A stretch of DNA of 64,000 bases from contig CANRPF010000001.1 in the NCBI GenBank assembly GCA_947632375.1, forward strand, positions 28,131 through 92,130, read 5' to 3'. Source of the DNA: an uncultured Bacilli bacterium. GTDB lineage: Bacteria > Bacillota_I > Bacilli_A > RF39 > UBA660. Below the pieces are notes generated by a model. It was not told the origin of the DNA. It searched no databases and was given only the letters and a program-made list of their open reading frames with translations. The position numbers and the translations under genes are program-made. Position 1 is the first letter of the stretch; each line of letters opens with the position of its first letter. Shown piece after piece: positions 27,783 to 38,173 of the stretch.

Positions 27783-28400
27783 ATGGATAATTTAAATGAT
27801 AATAGGATATTTGGAATTAATTTAGTTGAAGCTTACGATTTAGAATTAGATAAGAAATATAATTTAATCAAAAATAACACTAGTTATTTAAAAAATACTG
27901 CGGCAGATAAAGTAAAAGATATTAAATTTTCATATTTTAAAGATATAATTATTTTATTAAAAACAGGAATAGTACTAGTTAATGGTAAAGAAAAAGAAAG
28001 AAATGTAAAACGCCTTCACTTTGTAGATGGAATATGTATTTTTTCTATTGATAATGATAATAGAATATCTTGTTTAACTTATAAAGATGCTGCAACTAAG
28101 TTAATAAACAATAATAATTATAAGTATAAAAAAATTATTTTAACTCCACTTTGTATAGTTGCTTTAACTTATGAAAAAACAGTAAAGTTCTTTGGTAACT
28201 TCATGGATGCTTTTATAGATTATACTAAATTTTATGATGTAGATGATATTGGTTATGAAGAAAATAATGATGATATAGTAGTTATTAAAAATGATAAATT
28301 ATATTCATTATTTAGTCAGTACGATTACTATGATAAATTTAAAGCTAGTGTACAATTAGAAGACATTGTACTAAATGATATATCAATAATTAGCAAATAA
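27783..28400 (+). CDS. Hypothetical beta-rich protein with RCC1-like blades
   Basis: Recurring units VKDIKFSYFKDIIILLKTGIVLVNG and YKKIILTPLCIVALTYEKTVKFFG. Confidence 0.35.
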   Translation: MDNLNDNRIFGINLVEAYDLELDKKYNLIKNNTSYLKNTAADKVKDIKFSYFKDIIILLKTGIVLVNGKEKERNVKRLHFVDGICIFSIDNDNRISCLTYKDAATKLINNNNYKYKKIILTPLCIVALTYEKTVKFFGNFMDAFIDYTKFYDVDDIGYEENNDDIVVIKNDKLYSLFSQYDYYDKFKASVQLEDIVLNDISIISK

Positions 28401-28417
28401 AAAAAGTTTATATTTTG

Positions 28418-28442
28418 AAAAGGGATTTAATCTCTTTTTTTA
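28418..28442 (+). terminator. Terminator after the RCC1-like gene
   Basis: AAAAGGGAT-tta-ATCTCTTTT (one G-U pair) plus a T-run. Confidence 0.6.
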
Positions 28443-28546
28443 AATTTATTTTACGATTTTTTGTAAAAATAACTTTTATAAAGTTGTATAGAGTGGATAA
28501 ATTTGATATGCTGATAATAGATTATACTAAAAAAATATAATAGGAG

Positions 28547-31495
28547 ATGGGGCAATTAAAAATGAATACGTTAGATCAAATAAAATTAAAATTAAATCCT
28601 AATTATATTAACAAAATAAGTGATGAAGAGTTAAACGAAGAAATAGTAATGTATGCATTAAATTGTGGTTTTAAGTATGAAAATGATACTCACGACAGAT
28701 ATTGTAAATATTACGATTATATTGTAGAAAATTTAAAAAAGGATTCTCGTTTTATTAAGTATCTGATAAGAAGCAAAACTTTTAATAAAGAAAATTTTAC
28801 AAAGGATCAGATGGAATATATCTTCGATTTTATTTTTTCTGAAGATCCTTCCTTAATAATTGATGCAATAAGTGCAAATAGTAAATTTTTGGAATTTCTT
28901 GATAGTGAAGATTTAATAAAAAAATTAGATGCTTCTAAATTATGTGATGTCTTATTAAAACATAATATAAAATATATAGATCTTAGTACTGCAATAACAA
29001 AAAATAATATAGAATTAGGACTTAAATATCTAGAACAAGATTTTTCAAATATAACTATATTTAAAAATAATATTAGCAATTATGAAGATTTTAGTGAACA
29101 AATATTGGATATATTTATGAAAAATATAAATAAAAATATAGAATATATAAATGAGATTGTAGAAATAATTCCAGACGATCCTTCTGTACAGAAATCTATA
29201 AATGAGGCTTTAAGAGAAACTAATTTAGAGATAACTGATAGTACTCCATCATTTTTATTGAAAGATAAAAATATTGTACTTAATGTTATTTTAAATAATC
29301 CACAAGATAGTATATATATAAAAGAACAATATGATTTTAATTCAGAAGAATCAATGAAAATAGTTGATGCAATAAAAGAAAAAGCTACTAAATTTAAATC
29401 TATTCCACAATGTTTTGCTAACAATAAAGAAATAATACGTCAAATATTATTAAATAATCCTGATATATTAAATTCATATACTTTTAATTATGATTATAAA
29501 CTAATGGAAGATATACTTTATAATTTAATTATTCAAGGTGATTATGAAATAAATGAATATTCAAATCCGAATGTTTTACAAGAATTTTTTAAAAACGCAA
29601 AACCTAAGAAAGCTATTGATATAATAGATAAATATTTTTACCAAATATTAAATTATATAAGTGATGTTGATTTAAAATTTGCTGACGAATATGAGGATAA
29701 AATATATGAAATATGTGAGAAAAATAATTATTCTTTAAGTAAAGAATCACCATTATTTTTAAAACGTAATACTAAGTTAGTATATAATGCAATAAAAAAT
29801 GAACAAATTAATATAAATGATGTTGATTTAGAACAGTTAGGTTTCAATAACGATCAGAAAATGAACTTAATAGATTTTTGTCATCAAAAGAATATAGATA
29901 ATGAAGTAGTTAATAAATGGAGAAACCAATTTTTTGATAAACTAAGAAGTACATCTACTAATACTAATATAGATGGGGCTTTATATCTTAATAATGATAT
30001 TGACTTATATACACTTAAGTTGCCTACTGATATTACCGAAGTACATTTTCAGTCTTTTGATATTGAAAAAATTAACGCATTGATAGCAAAAATAAAAAAC
30101 GAAAATCCTAATATTAAAACATTAGCAATAGATTTGCCTATTGACAAAACATTTTCAAATGAAGAATTAAATAAAATAACTGATAAAGATATGGTAAGAA
30201 TTATCTCTAAAGATGCTGTAACTAAGTTTTCAGTTAGTGATTTAATAAAATTAAATAATATTATGGATTTAATGGTGTCTGAAATAAAAGCAAGCAATTT
30301 AAGCCCATATGAAAAATATATTGCAGTTTACAATACGATAAAAAGTTGGAAGAATTATAAATATTATCAAAATAATAAAATAATTGATTTTAGAATTGCA
30401 GATCAAAGTAGAAATCCATATTTGGTATTAATTAATGATTATATAGTTTGTGCAGGATATTCTAGATTATTAAACGAATTATTAAAGAGAGTAGGAATTA
30501 ATTCTATAGAATGTGCTGTAAGAACAAATGAGTTACATGATAGAAATTATGTTAATTTAGTAGATCCAAAATATGATATAAATGGTTTTTATATGTGCGA
30601 TGTAACAGCTGATAATACACAAACTAATATAATGAGCTATGGATATAATTATCTTCATCAAACTACGGAGCAATCGAGAAATGATAGCAGTGTAGTTAAG
30701 GGATCAATAAATGATAATTTGTTTAATGATTATACAGATGAAGAATTATTAAAATATATACAAAATAATTGTGCTTCTGTTAAAGAACAATTATCCATGT
30801 TAGATCCAGAGTTTTATTCAACAATTTCTAATGATATAGATAATATAACACTAGATACTGTCTCAAAAATTAACGCATATTTAAAAACAAAAATAAATAA
30901 AAAAATACCTATTGAAAAAGATTTAGCTGCTATATTTGAATTAAATCAATTTATAAGTGGCAAGCATTATGAATCCACTGAAGCAGAAGAAAAATGGAAC
31001 GATATGGTATTATCTATAAGTTTGCCTGGTTTAGTAGAAAAGGAAACATATTTTAAGGGGGATTATAAAAGTTTAATAGAAAAAAATATTGAACAGATAG
31101 AAAATGATAATTTTCAAACGTTCCTTGAAAATTCTAAAGAATATGAAAAGAGCCCATATAAAAAATATTGTTACAATAGCGCTTATCAGCAGTTATTAAA
31201 ACGCTATTTAGCAACAGATTTAACGAATATTTATTTTTCAATGGAAAATCAGGATAATAATATAATATTAAGAATTGATATGGATTATCATCTTACAAAT
31301 ACTAGTGATAGAGCCATGCTTATAGATGCTTTGAAAAAAATGGGATATACTGTAGAAGAGCCTCAATTTACATTAAATATAAATTTAGGTAGTTCATCAA
31401 ATAAAACAGTCGCTGAAATATTAAGTATTTGTGAATTAGCTAAAAACGATTTTGAAAATTCTTATAAAAATATATTTCCACCAATTCAAAAATAA
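28547..31495 (+). CDS. 982-aa protein with N-terminal helical repeats and a transglutaminase-like Cys-His-Asp domain
   Basis: IVCAGYSRLLNELLKRVGI...HDRNYV...YMCDVTAD; repeats of the type P.FL.KDKNIV..VILNNP; no signal peptide. Confidence 0.6.
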   Translation: MGQLKMNTLDQIKLKLNPNYINKISDEELNEEIVMYALNCGFKYENDTHDRYCKYYDYIVENLKKDSRFIKYLIRSKTFNKENFTKDQMEYIFDFIFSEDPSLIIDAISANSKFLEFLDSEDLIKKLDASKLCDVLLKHNIKYIDLSTAITKNNIELGLKYLEQDFSNITIFKNNISNYEDFSEQILDIFMKNINKNIEYINEIVEIIPDDPSVQKSINEALRETNLEITDSTPSFLLKDKNIVLNVILNNPQDSIYIKEQYDFNSEESMKIVDAIKEKATKFKSIPQCFANNKEIIRQILLNNPDILNSYTFNYDYKLMEDILYNLIIQGDYEINEYSNPNVLQEFFKNAKPKKAIDIIDKYFYQILNYISDVDLKFADEYEDKIYEICEKNNYSLSKESPLFLKRNTKLVYNAIKNEQININDVDLEQLGFNNDQKMNLIDFCHQKNIDNEVVNKWRNQFFDKLRSTSTNTNIDGALYLNNDIDLYTLKLPTDITEVHFQSFDIEKINALIAKIKNENPNIKTLAIDLPIDKTFSNEELNKITDKDMVRIISKDAVTKFSVSDLIKLNNIMDLMVSEIKASNLSPYEKYIAVYNTIKSWKNYKYYQNNKIIDFRIADQSRNPYLVLINDYIVCAGYSRLLNELLKRVGINSIECAVRTNELHDRNYVNLVDPKYDINGFYMCDVTADNTQTNIMSYGYNYLHQTTEQSRNDSSVVKGSINDNLFNDYTDEELLKYIQNNCASVKEQLSMLDPEFYSTISNDIDNITLDTVSKINAYLKTKINKKIPIEKDLAAIFELNQFISGKHYESTEAEEKWNDMVLSISLPGLVEKETYFKGDYKSLIEKNIEQIENDNFQTFLENSKEYEKSPYKKYCYNSAYQQLLKRYLATDLTNIYFSMENQDNNIILRIDMDYHLTNTSDRAMLIDALKKMGYTVEEPQFTLNINLGSSSNKTVAEILSICELAKNDFENSYKNIFPPIQK

Positions 31496-31513
31496 CCACT
31501 TTATAAAGTGGTT
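31494..31513. terminator. Bidirectional terminator between convergent genes
   Basis: AACCACTT-tata-AAGTGGTT overlaps both stop codons. Confidence 0.7.
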
Positions 31514-32151
31514 TTAATATATAAAGAAATTTTATTATTTTTATTGATTGATAAAAGATTTATATTTTCTAATTTAATATTTTTGCGTTTTAAATAATTA
31601 TTTAACCAACGCTTACTTTTGTTAGATTTCTTTAATTCGTCTTCATTAATAACTCCATCAACAACTAATAATCTAGAAATAATTTCTTTATTAGTTGTTT
31701 TTTTAATAGTAGAATTTTTTAGTAAAACTGAAATATCTCCAGAGGGTTCCAAAACTGCACAATCTAAGTTATTGATATCAAAACATCCCTTTAATCTACA
31801 ACTTTCTAAAACTTTTGCTACACTCAGTTTTGTTTTTTCAAGATTATCATTAAAGAATTGGTTTGCTTTAAATAAAATTATTGGTTCACCATCTATAGCT
31901 TCTTCTATTTTATGATTATGATATGAGAGTATTGTTATAATATATCCAACAAATGTAAATGTAGCTAAAGCTAAGATTCCATTAATGATAGGAACATCTA
32001 AACTTATAATCGAATCGGCAGCAATAGATCCAATAGAAATACTTAAAATATAATCAAAAAGTGTCAAATTTTTAATTTGCTTTTGGCCCATTATTTTAAC
32101 AATTATAAACAATAAAAATATCATAATTAAAGAACGTTTTATAATTTCCAT
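31501..32151 (-). CDS. DUF421/YetF-family membrane protein
   Basis: MGQKQIKNLTLFDYILSISIGSIAA, IDGEPIIL, AVLEPSGDISV, LVVDGVINEDEL. Confidence 0.88.
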   Translation of the reverse strand: MEIIKRSLIMIFLLFIIVKIMGQKQIKNLTLFDYILSISIGSIAADSIISLDVPIINGILALATFTFVGYIITILSYHNHKIEEAIDGEPIILFKANQFFNDNLEKTKLSVAKVLESCRLKGCFDINNLDCAVLEPSGDISVLLKNSTIKKTTNKEIISRLLVVDGVINEDELKKSNKSKRWLNNYLKRKNIKLENINLLSINKNNKISLYIKTTL

Positions 32152-32168
32152 TAATATTCACCTATATT

Positions 32169-32197
32169 TAGTATGGCATTTTTTTAAAGTTTTATTT
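32169..32197 (-). promoter_or_regulatory. sigma-G-like promoter of the yetF-like gene
   Basis: Minus strand AAATA-N17-CATACTA: perfect -10, one mismatch in the -35. Confidence 0.45.
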
Positions 32198-33621
32198 TAT
32201 ATTTTCAGATATTCTATATATTTTTTGTAATTATGCATTAATTCTTCAGCAAAAACAGAAATATTTCCTTTTTCTAAAAGTATAAATACGTTATTTTTGG
32301 TTCGAGTAATTGCAACATAAAATAGTCTTCTTTCTTCATCTAGCGGATATTGTTCCTTATTTGTAATATCTTTTATAATGTTAGGATTTTCAATTTTAGA
32401 TGGAAATCCCATAATATCATTAGTTATATTTATTAAAATAATATTATTACTTTCTAATCCCTTTGATTTATGTGCTGTTAAATAATTAATTTTGTTGATT
32501 TCTTCATATTTATACACATAATTTTTAATGTCATCATTATTTCTGCCAATAACCATACAATCATAGTTAAGTTTATTTAATAAGTTTTTTAATGTGCTTT
32601 TTTTGTTAGTGGTAAAAATAATTTTTATTGGTTTATCTATACTTTTATTAGATAGCAAATTCTTTTTCATCTGAAATGGATTTTTACAAATAAAATCGTT
32701 TGAAATATAAACTAGTTCTTTGCAATTCCTGTAAGTATTTCTAAGATACATTATTTTACTATTAGAAAAATACTTTTCAAAATTTAAAAAAACACTTAAT
32801 TCACTTCCAGCAAATCTATATATACTTTGATAATCATCTCCAACACACATAATTTTAGCGTTGTTATTTTTTATAATATTATTAATAAGTTCAAACTTTA
32901 TTAAACTAGAATCTTGAAATTCATCAATAATTATATATTTATAATTTAATTTTATATTATTTTTTTTAACTAAATCAGAAGCTTTATTTATCATATCATT
33001 AAAATCAAATGAATTTGTGCTATTTTGTTCTATTTCGTAAAGCCTATAAATTTCTAATATAAATAGATAAGTTATTTTATTTCTTTTTTGCAAAAATAAA
33101 TTATAAATTGAGTGTATATTTAAATTTTTATTTTTACATAAATTTATATATGTAATAATGCTTTTCTTATAACTTTTAAATTTATCCATATTTAATATAT
33201 TTTTATAATTAAAACTTTTAAATAAAAGCATAAGTAAATATTTTCTATATGTATATTGAACAAATCCTTTAAAATATTCATCTAAAATATATTCTAAAGT
33301 ACCATCTTTTGTAATGTTTATTTTATTATAATAATTTTTTATAATATTTAAACTTAATTTATGAAATGTTAAACATTCAATACTTAAGTTTATATTATTA
33401 AGTTTGTTTCTCAAACTATTAGTAGCTTCATTAGTTAAGCTAATACAAAGTATGTCACTTTCTTTTATTCCGTTAAAAACTAAATATTTAACTTTTCCCA
33501 ATATAGTACTTGTTTTTCCACTTCCTGCTCCAGCTATAACTAGAATGTTTTCATTTTCTTTTACACATTCAATTTGAAACTCATCTAAATAATAACCATC
33601 TATATAAAATAAATCGTCCAT
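32197..33621 (-). CDS. UvrD/REP-family helicase, helicase IV (HelD)-like, short form
   Basis: AGAGSGKT, DEFQD, VGDDYQSIYRF, TAHKSKGLE, EERRLFYVAITR. Confidence 0.88.
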   Translation of the reverse strand: MDDLFYIDGYYLDEFQIECVKENENILVIAGAGSGKTSTILGKVKYLVFNGIKESDILCISLTNEATNSLRNKLNNINLSIECLTFHKLSLNIIKNYYNKINITKDGTLEYILDEYFKGFVQYTYRKYLLMLLFKSFNYKNILNMDKFKSYKKSIITYINLCKNKNLNIHSIYNLFLQKRNKITYLFILEIYRLYEIEQNSTNSFDFNDMINKASDLVKKNNIKLNYKYIIIDEFQDSSLIKFELINNIIKNNNAKIMCVGDDYQSIYRFAGSELSVFLNFEKYFSNSKIMYLRNTYRNCKELVYISNDFICKNPFQMKKNLLSNKSIDKPIKIIFTTNKKSTLKNLLNKLNYDCMVIGRNNDDIKNYVYKYEEINKINYLTAHKSKGLESNNIILINITNDIMGFPSKIENPNIIKDITNKEQYPLDEERRLFYVAITRTKNNVFILLEKGNISVFAEELMHNYKKYIEYLKI

Positions 33622-33674
33622 ATAATGCCTCTAATAGAAATATATTGTCTTTATTTGTTATTCCTTTTTTATAT

Positions 33675-33699
33675 AAAAAAAGTGCAAGTTATTGCACTT
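33675..33699 (-). terminator. Terminator after addA
   Basis: AAGTGCAA-gtta-TTGCACTT with an A-run on the left that gives the minus-strand U-tract. Confidence 0.75.
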
Positions 33700-36600
33700 T
33701 AGTTATTGTATTATTTAAAATACTATATAAATAAATGTTTGCATTTTTATTAAATTCTAATTCTATATAAGATTTATAACCATTTAATTGTTTAATATAA
33801 TCTTCACTTATAACATTTAATAATTTATAGTCAATTATATCTATATAATCATCATATATTACTAATAAGTCTATTATTCCATGATATTTAATATTATTTT
33901 CTTCATATAAAAATTCATATTCATGATATATAGTAGCATTTTTTATATTTTTCATTATATCTTGATTTAAAAAATTTTTAATATACTGTGAATCTTCTTC
34001 ATTTATATTGCTATAATCTGGTTCTAAAAAATTAGTACTTTCAAATAATTCATGTAAGTATAAACCTTTTTCTAAGTTATTTTTTAATTTTAAATCAATA
34101 ATAGTTTTTTCATTTTTGCTAAAATGTTTGTTTAAAACTATATCATTTTGAACATTTATTTTAGTTGTTATAATTTTATTATCAGTTTTGTTAATAATAT
34201 CAGCAAAATTATAATTTTTTATATTATTATAATCTCTAGTAATATTCAAAGTTTCTAACTTTATATTCGAAATATATTTTTTTAAGTTATCACCTAATGA
34301 TAATAAAATATCTTTAAAACTTCTATACTTACTTCTTAAATAAGTATCGATTATGGAATTATTTGTATTATGTAATTCATCTTCGTTTATATTTGCAACA
34401 ATTATCATTTTTTCTTTAGCACGAGTTAAAGCTACATATAAAAGTCTTATTCTTTCAGAAATATCATCTTTTATATAGTTATATTTTATAATATCTTTTG
34501 TAATTAAAGAATTCAATCCTTCATTAAAATATGGAGTTATAATACCATATTTGTTATTATATAGAATTCTTTCATTTAAATCTTTTAAATTAAAATTTTT
34601 ATCAAATCCACTAAAATAACAAATTGGAAATTCTAAGCCTTTTGATTTATGAATAGTCATTATTTTTACTGAATTAGTATTATCTATATTCATTGAAATA
34701 TTAATCTGTTTATTATTACTAATTATATTTTCTAAATAATTATTTAAGTCATAAATACCATAACCTATACTATCTAAATCTTCAAATGTTTTTTGCAAAT
34801 AATTAATTATATTTATTTTATTTTCTATATTGCCAACTTTAATGAAACTGTTAATAAAGTCAAATTTTAGAACAATAATTTCAAATAATTCACTATTAGT
34901 GAGATTATCAATATTTTGAGATATTTTAAAGCATATATTATAAAGTTCAGTTTCTTTATAGCTACTATTTTTTATAATTTCAAATAATTCATCGTCATCT
35001 ATCTTTTTTATATAACTTCTACTTATTGACATAAACATATGTATAAAATCAGTATCAAAATTGTTTTCGTTTATTTTTATTATTAATCCTATAATATTTT
35101 TAATAATTAATAATTCATTTTCAGATACTATATTATTATCTTTATATAAAGTGGTTGGTATATTTAAATATTCAAATATTTTTTTATATGTGTCAAAAGC
35201 AGAGGCTCTATCCATTAAAATAACAAAATCACTAAAGTTTGCTTTTCTTAATTGTTGACTATCTTTATCATATATTAAATAATCTTCATTAATTTTATGT
35301 TTTATATCGTTAGCAATAATAAAAGCTTCAATTTCTTCATTTTTAAATACTGAATCTTTATCATATGGATAGTTATATATTTCTAGATTATAATTTTGAT
35401 TAGTATATCCATCTGATATGTATTTAGAATTACCAAAAATCATATTATGAGATTCTTTATATGAAGCGCCACCTATTTCATTATCCATAATTCTATTAAA
35501 AATTAAATTAATATCATCAAGAACTTCCATTCTAGAGCGAAAGTTTTTATTTAAATCTATTTTAAAACCATTTTCGCTATTAGAATATAAATCATATTTT
35601 TCTTTAAAAAGCATAGGATTTGCATTTCTAAATCTATAAATACTTTGTTTTATATCACCTACCATGTAAACATTATTATTGCTAATTAAATTTATAAAAA
35701 TTTCTTGTAGGTCACTTGTATCTTGATATTCATCAATACATATTTCGTTAAAGGAATTTTTTAATTCTTCTCTTATATCTTCGTTATTTTTTACAATATT
35801 AATTGCCATAATGCTAATATCAGTGAATTCATATTTATTTATTTGTCTTTTAAATTCAAGTATTTTGCTATCTAATGTGTTAATAATATTAATTATTGCT
35901 TGAACATAATCTTTAGTTGAAAATAAACTCTTTTTTATATCATCAAGCGTTAGATAACACATGTTATGTATTTCTTTTATGCTTTCTGATATTGACTTCT
36001 TTAAATCTTTTCCATAATCAGTAGCATTCTTAATTGGTTTTAGTTCTACTAAAGAACTTCGTTTAAAGTCATCGTAATTTTTAGCTTTAAATAAAGGTTC
36101 TAAAGCATCACTATATTCTGAAAATCGCGTGCTATCCATTTCGTATGATAATAGGTTCATTAAATACTTTATATAATTAACTTTTAGTGAAATTATATGT
36201 TCATAGTCTGTTATAATGTTATTAAAATAATCTGTATTATAGAATTTTTCAATATATTTATTTAAATAGTTAGCTTTATCTTCTAGCAAATCTAATTTTT
36301 GCGATATATTTATTATTAGTTTCTTAACTTCTTTATCATCTTTAGTGCATAATAAATCAATAAGATTTAGAAAACTAGTATTTTTTTCTTTATATAAATT
36401 CTCAAAGATTTCATCTAAAAATTCTTCTTTTTTTAAATCAATTATACTAGAATCTATTATTGAAATATCTTTGCTAATTCCAATTTTATAATGATATTTT
36501 TTAACAAGAGAAAGAGCGAAAGCATCGAATGTTGTAATATTTGCGGTTTCTATATAATCTATTTCCTTTTTTATAACGTCATCAATTTTAGCAGCTTCTT

Positions 36601-36814
36601 TTATAGCTTTTTTTATTCTATCTTTCATTTCGTGTGCAGCATTATTAGTAAAAGTTAATATAAGTAAATTTCTAATACTTATTCCTTTTTTTAATTTTCT
36701 AATTACTCGTTCTGTTAATACTGCTGTTTTACCACTTCCAGCACCTGCTGAAACAATTATATTTGTTCCCTCTTTATTAATAGCTAATTCCTGTTCTTTA
36801 GTCCAATTAGGCAT
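33689..36814 (-). CDS. addA: ATP-dependent helicase/nuclease subunit A
   Basis: SAGAGSGKTAVL, DEYQDT, VGDIKQSIYRFR, MTIHKSKGLEF, RLLYVALTR, C-terminal GIIDLL...IIDYK nuclease. Confidence 0.92.
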   Translation of the reverse strand: MPNWTKEQELAINKEGTNIIVSAGAGSGKTAVLTERVIRKLKKGISIRNLLILTFTNNAAHEMKDRIKKAIKEAAKIDDVIKKEIDYIETANITTFDAFALSLVKKYHYKIGISKDISIIDSSIIDLKKEEFLDEIFENLYKEKNTSFLNLIDLLCTKDDKEVKKLIINISQKLDLLEDKANYLNKYIEKFYNTDYFNNIITDYEHIISLKVNYIKYLMNLLSYEMDSTRFSEYSDALEPLFKAKNYDDFKRSSLVELKPIKNATDYGKDLKKSISESIKEIHNMCYLTLDDIKKSLFSTKDYVQAIINIINTLDSKILEFKRQINKYEFTDISIMAINIVKNNEDIREELKNSFNEICIDEYQDTSDLQEIFINLISNNNVYMVGDIKQSIYRFRNANPMLFKEKYDLYSNSENGFKIDLNKNFRSRMEVLDDINLIFNRIMDNEIGGASYKESHNMIFGNSKYISDGYTNQNYNLEIYNYPYDKDSVFKNEEIEAFIIANDIKHKINEDYLIYDKDSQQLRKANFSDFVILMDRASAFDTYKKIFEYLNIPTTLYKDNNIVSENELLIIKNIIGLIIKINENNFDTDFIHMFMSISRSYIKKIDDDELFEIIKNSSYKETELYNICFKISQNIDNLTNSELFEIIVLKFDFINSFIKVGNIENKINIINYLQKTFEDLDSIGYGIYDLNNYLENIISNNKQINISMNIDNTNSVKIMTIHKSKGLEFPICYFSGFDKNFNLKDLNERILYNNKYGIITPYFNEGLNSLITKDIIKYNYIKDDISERIRLLYVALTRAKEKMIIVANINEDELHNTNNSIIDTYLRSKYRSFKDILLSLGDNLKKYISNIKLETLNITRDYNNIKNYNFADIINKTDNKIITTKINVQNDIVLNKHFSKNEKTIIDLKLKNNLEKGLYLHELFESTNFLEPDYSNINEEDSQYIKNFLNQDIMKNIKNATIYHEYEFLYEENNIKYHGIIDLLVIYDDYIDIIDYKLLNVISEDYIKQLNGYKSYIELEFNKNANIYLYSILNNTITKVQ

Positions 36815-36960
36815 TATTTCACCACCCTTAATATATAAATATTATATCAATAATATGATAAATGTGAAATGAAATAAGTTGTAAAAAATGATGTAAAAAG
36901 CAAAGAGATAACTTAATATAAATAAAATATATGATATAGTTATAATATAGGTGAGTAAGA

Positions 36961-38154
36961 GTGAAAAAAATAGTTGTACTTGTGTTATCATTTATGTTTT
37001 TTGTTGTAAGCGCTCATGCACAAACTATTACAGATGGAGAATATACTATTGAAATAGAAAATTTGTATTTTGAAATATATGAATCGGATACATTTTTAGC
37101 TGAAAATGAACAAGGTTATTTAGAATATTCAAAAACGCCTGTTGTTAAAGAAAAAATTGAATCTCCATCAATAAGTGAAACGTTTTCTGATTTAACTTGG
37201 AATGATTTACAAATAAAAAAAGTTAGAGCATTGAATTTGAATTTTGATACATCATCATATTATGAAAAATTTAAAAGCGAACTTCCTGATACAGAAAAGA
37301 ACTATGTTGGAACAATAAGGGCTGAATATAAAATATCAAATTATCCATCAAAGTATAATTATGCTTATAATTTTGAACTAATTCCAACAGAAATGAATCT
37401 TCTTTTAAGTTTAGGTAAAGATACTACATATACCATTCCAAAAATAGAAAAAACACAAACTTTAAATCAATATTTATGGTACTCAGTATATGATTCTGAC
37501 ATAGGAGATTATAACGAGTATTCTTCGTTAAGCGATGCAGATGGGGTAATATATTTATTTTTGAATTATGTTATTTTAAGTGATAGTAGTGATGTTAATA
37601 TAAATAACATATCAGAAGATGATGAAGTATATTTTATTCATAATTTAGACGATGTAAGTGATATACCAAATTATTTAGGAGTGGATCCTGAAATTACTTT
37701 TTATGATATAACTAGTGATTCTATAAAATTAGTTTTTGATTATACCAATCCTTTAAATACTTGTTCAATATATAGAAAAAAATCCGTTGATGATGAATTT
37801 GAATTAATTGATGAAGTTGATTGTGGTATGCCATATACTGATTATGGATTAGAAGAAAATACTTCATATTGTTATCAAATTTATGTTAATGAAACAAAAA
37901 GACATAGTAAGACATTTACTACAAGAACATTAAAAAAAGAAATTCCAACAACTACAAAAAGAAACATTACAACAACAACTACTACTAGAAGAAGAACAAC
38001 AACTTCTGTTATAGAAGATGAGAAAATTTATGGCTCCGAAGATTCTCCTAAAACGGGTATAGAAAGTTATTTTTTAATAAGTTTAATATTAGCAGCTTTA
38101 TCTTTTTTAGGATTTAAATATTTAAAGAAATACAATAAATTTATACAAAAATAA
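36961..38154 (+). CDS. Secreted, cell-wall-anchored protein with FnIII-like domain, Thr-rich stalk and SPKTG sorting signal
   Basis: Signal peptide ending AHA; YTDYGLEENTSYCYQI (FnIII-like); Thr run; SPKTG followed by a TM helix and basic tail. Confidence 0.7.
   Translation: MKKIVVLVLSFMFFVVSAHAQTITDGEYTIEIENLYFEIYESDTFLAENEQGYLEYSKTPVVKEKIESPSISETFSDLTWNDLQIKKVRALNLNFDTSSYYEKFKSELPDTEKNYVGTIRAEYKISNYPSKYNYAYNFELIPTEMNLLLSLGKDTTYTIPKIEKTQTLNQYLWYSVYDSDIGDYNEYSSLSDADGVIYLFLNYVILSDSSDVNINNISEDDEVYFIHNLDDVSDIPNYLGVDPEITFYDITSDSIKLVFDYTNPLNTCSIYRKKSVDDEFELIDEVDCGMPYTDYGLEENTSYCYQIYVNETKRHSKTFTTRTLKKEIPTTTKRNITTTTTTRRRTTTSVIEDEKIYGSEDSPKTGIESYFLISLILAALSFLGFKYLKKYNKFIQK
37948..38007 (+). repeat. 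ACA/ACT/AGA trinucleotide-rich tract encoding a Thr-rich stalk
   Basis: Encodes TTTKRNITTTTTTRRRTTTS. Confidence 0.8.
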
Positions 38155-38171
38155 GTGAACTTAGTTCACTT
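38153..38171. terminator. Bidirectional terminator between the surface protein gene and addB
   Basis: AAGTGAAC-tta-GTTCACTT, with an A-rich left flank and a T-run on the right. Confidence 0.7.
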
Positions 38172-38173
38172 TT

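Larger units (their letters stand above)
26315..31495. other. Accessory islet of four orphan genes at the tmRNA 3' end
   Basis: Conserved synteny ends at tmRNA and four non-housekeeping ORFs follow. No integrase or convincing att repeat is visible, so mobility is not shown. Confidence 0.45.

Noticed and set aside
31477-31484. TCCACCAA matching the tmRNA 3' end (26308-26315) as a possible attR
   Set aside because: Only 8 bp, inside coding sequence, and no integrase is present. Suggestive in position but not distinguishable from chance.
26315-31495. Prophage or ICE call for the islet
   Set aside because: No integrase, transposase, structural or conjugation genes are visible.
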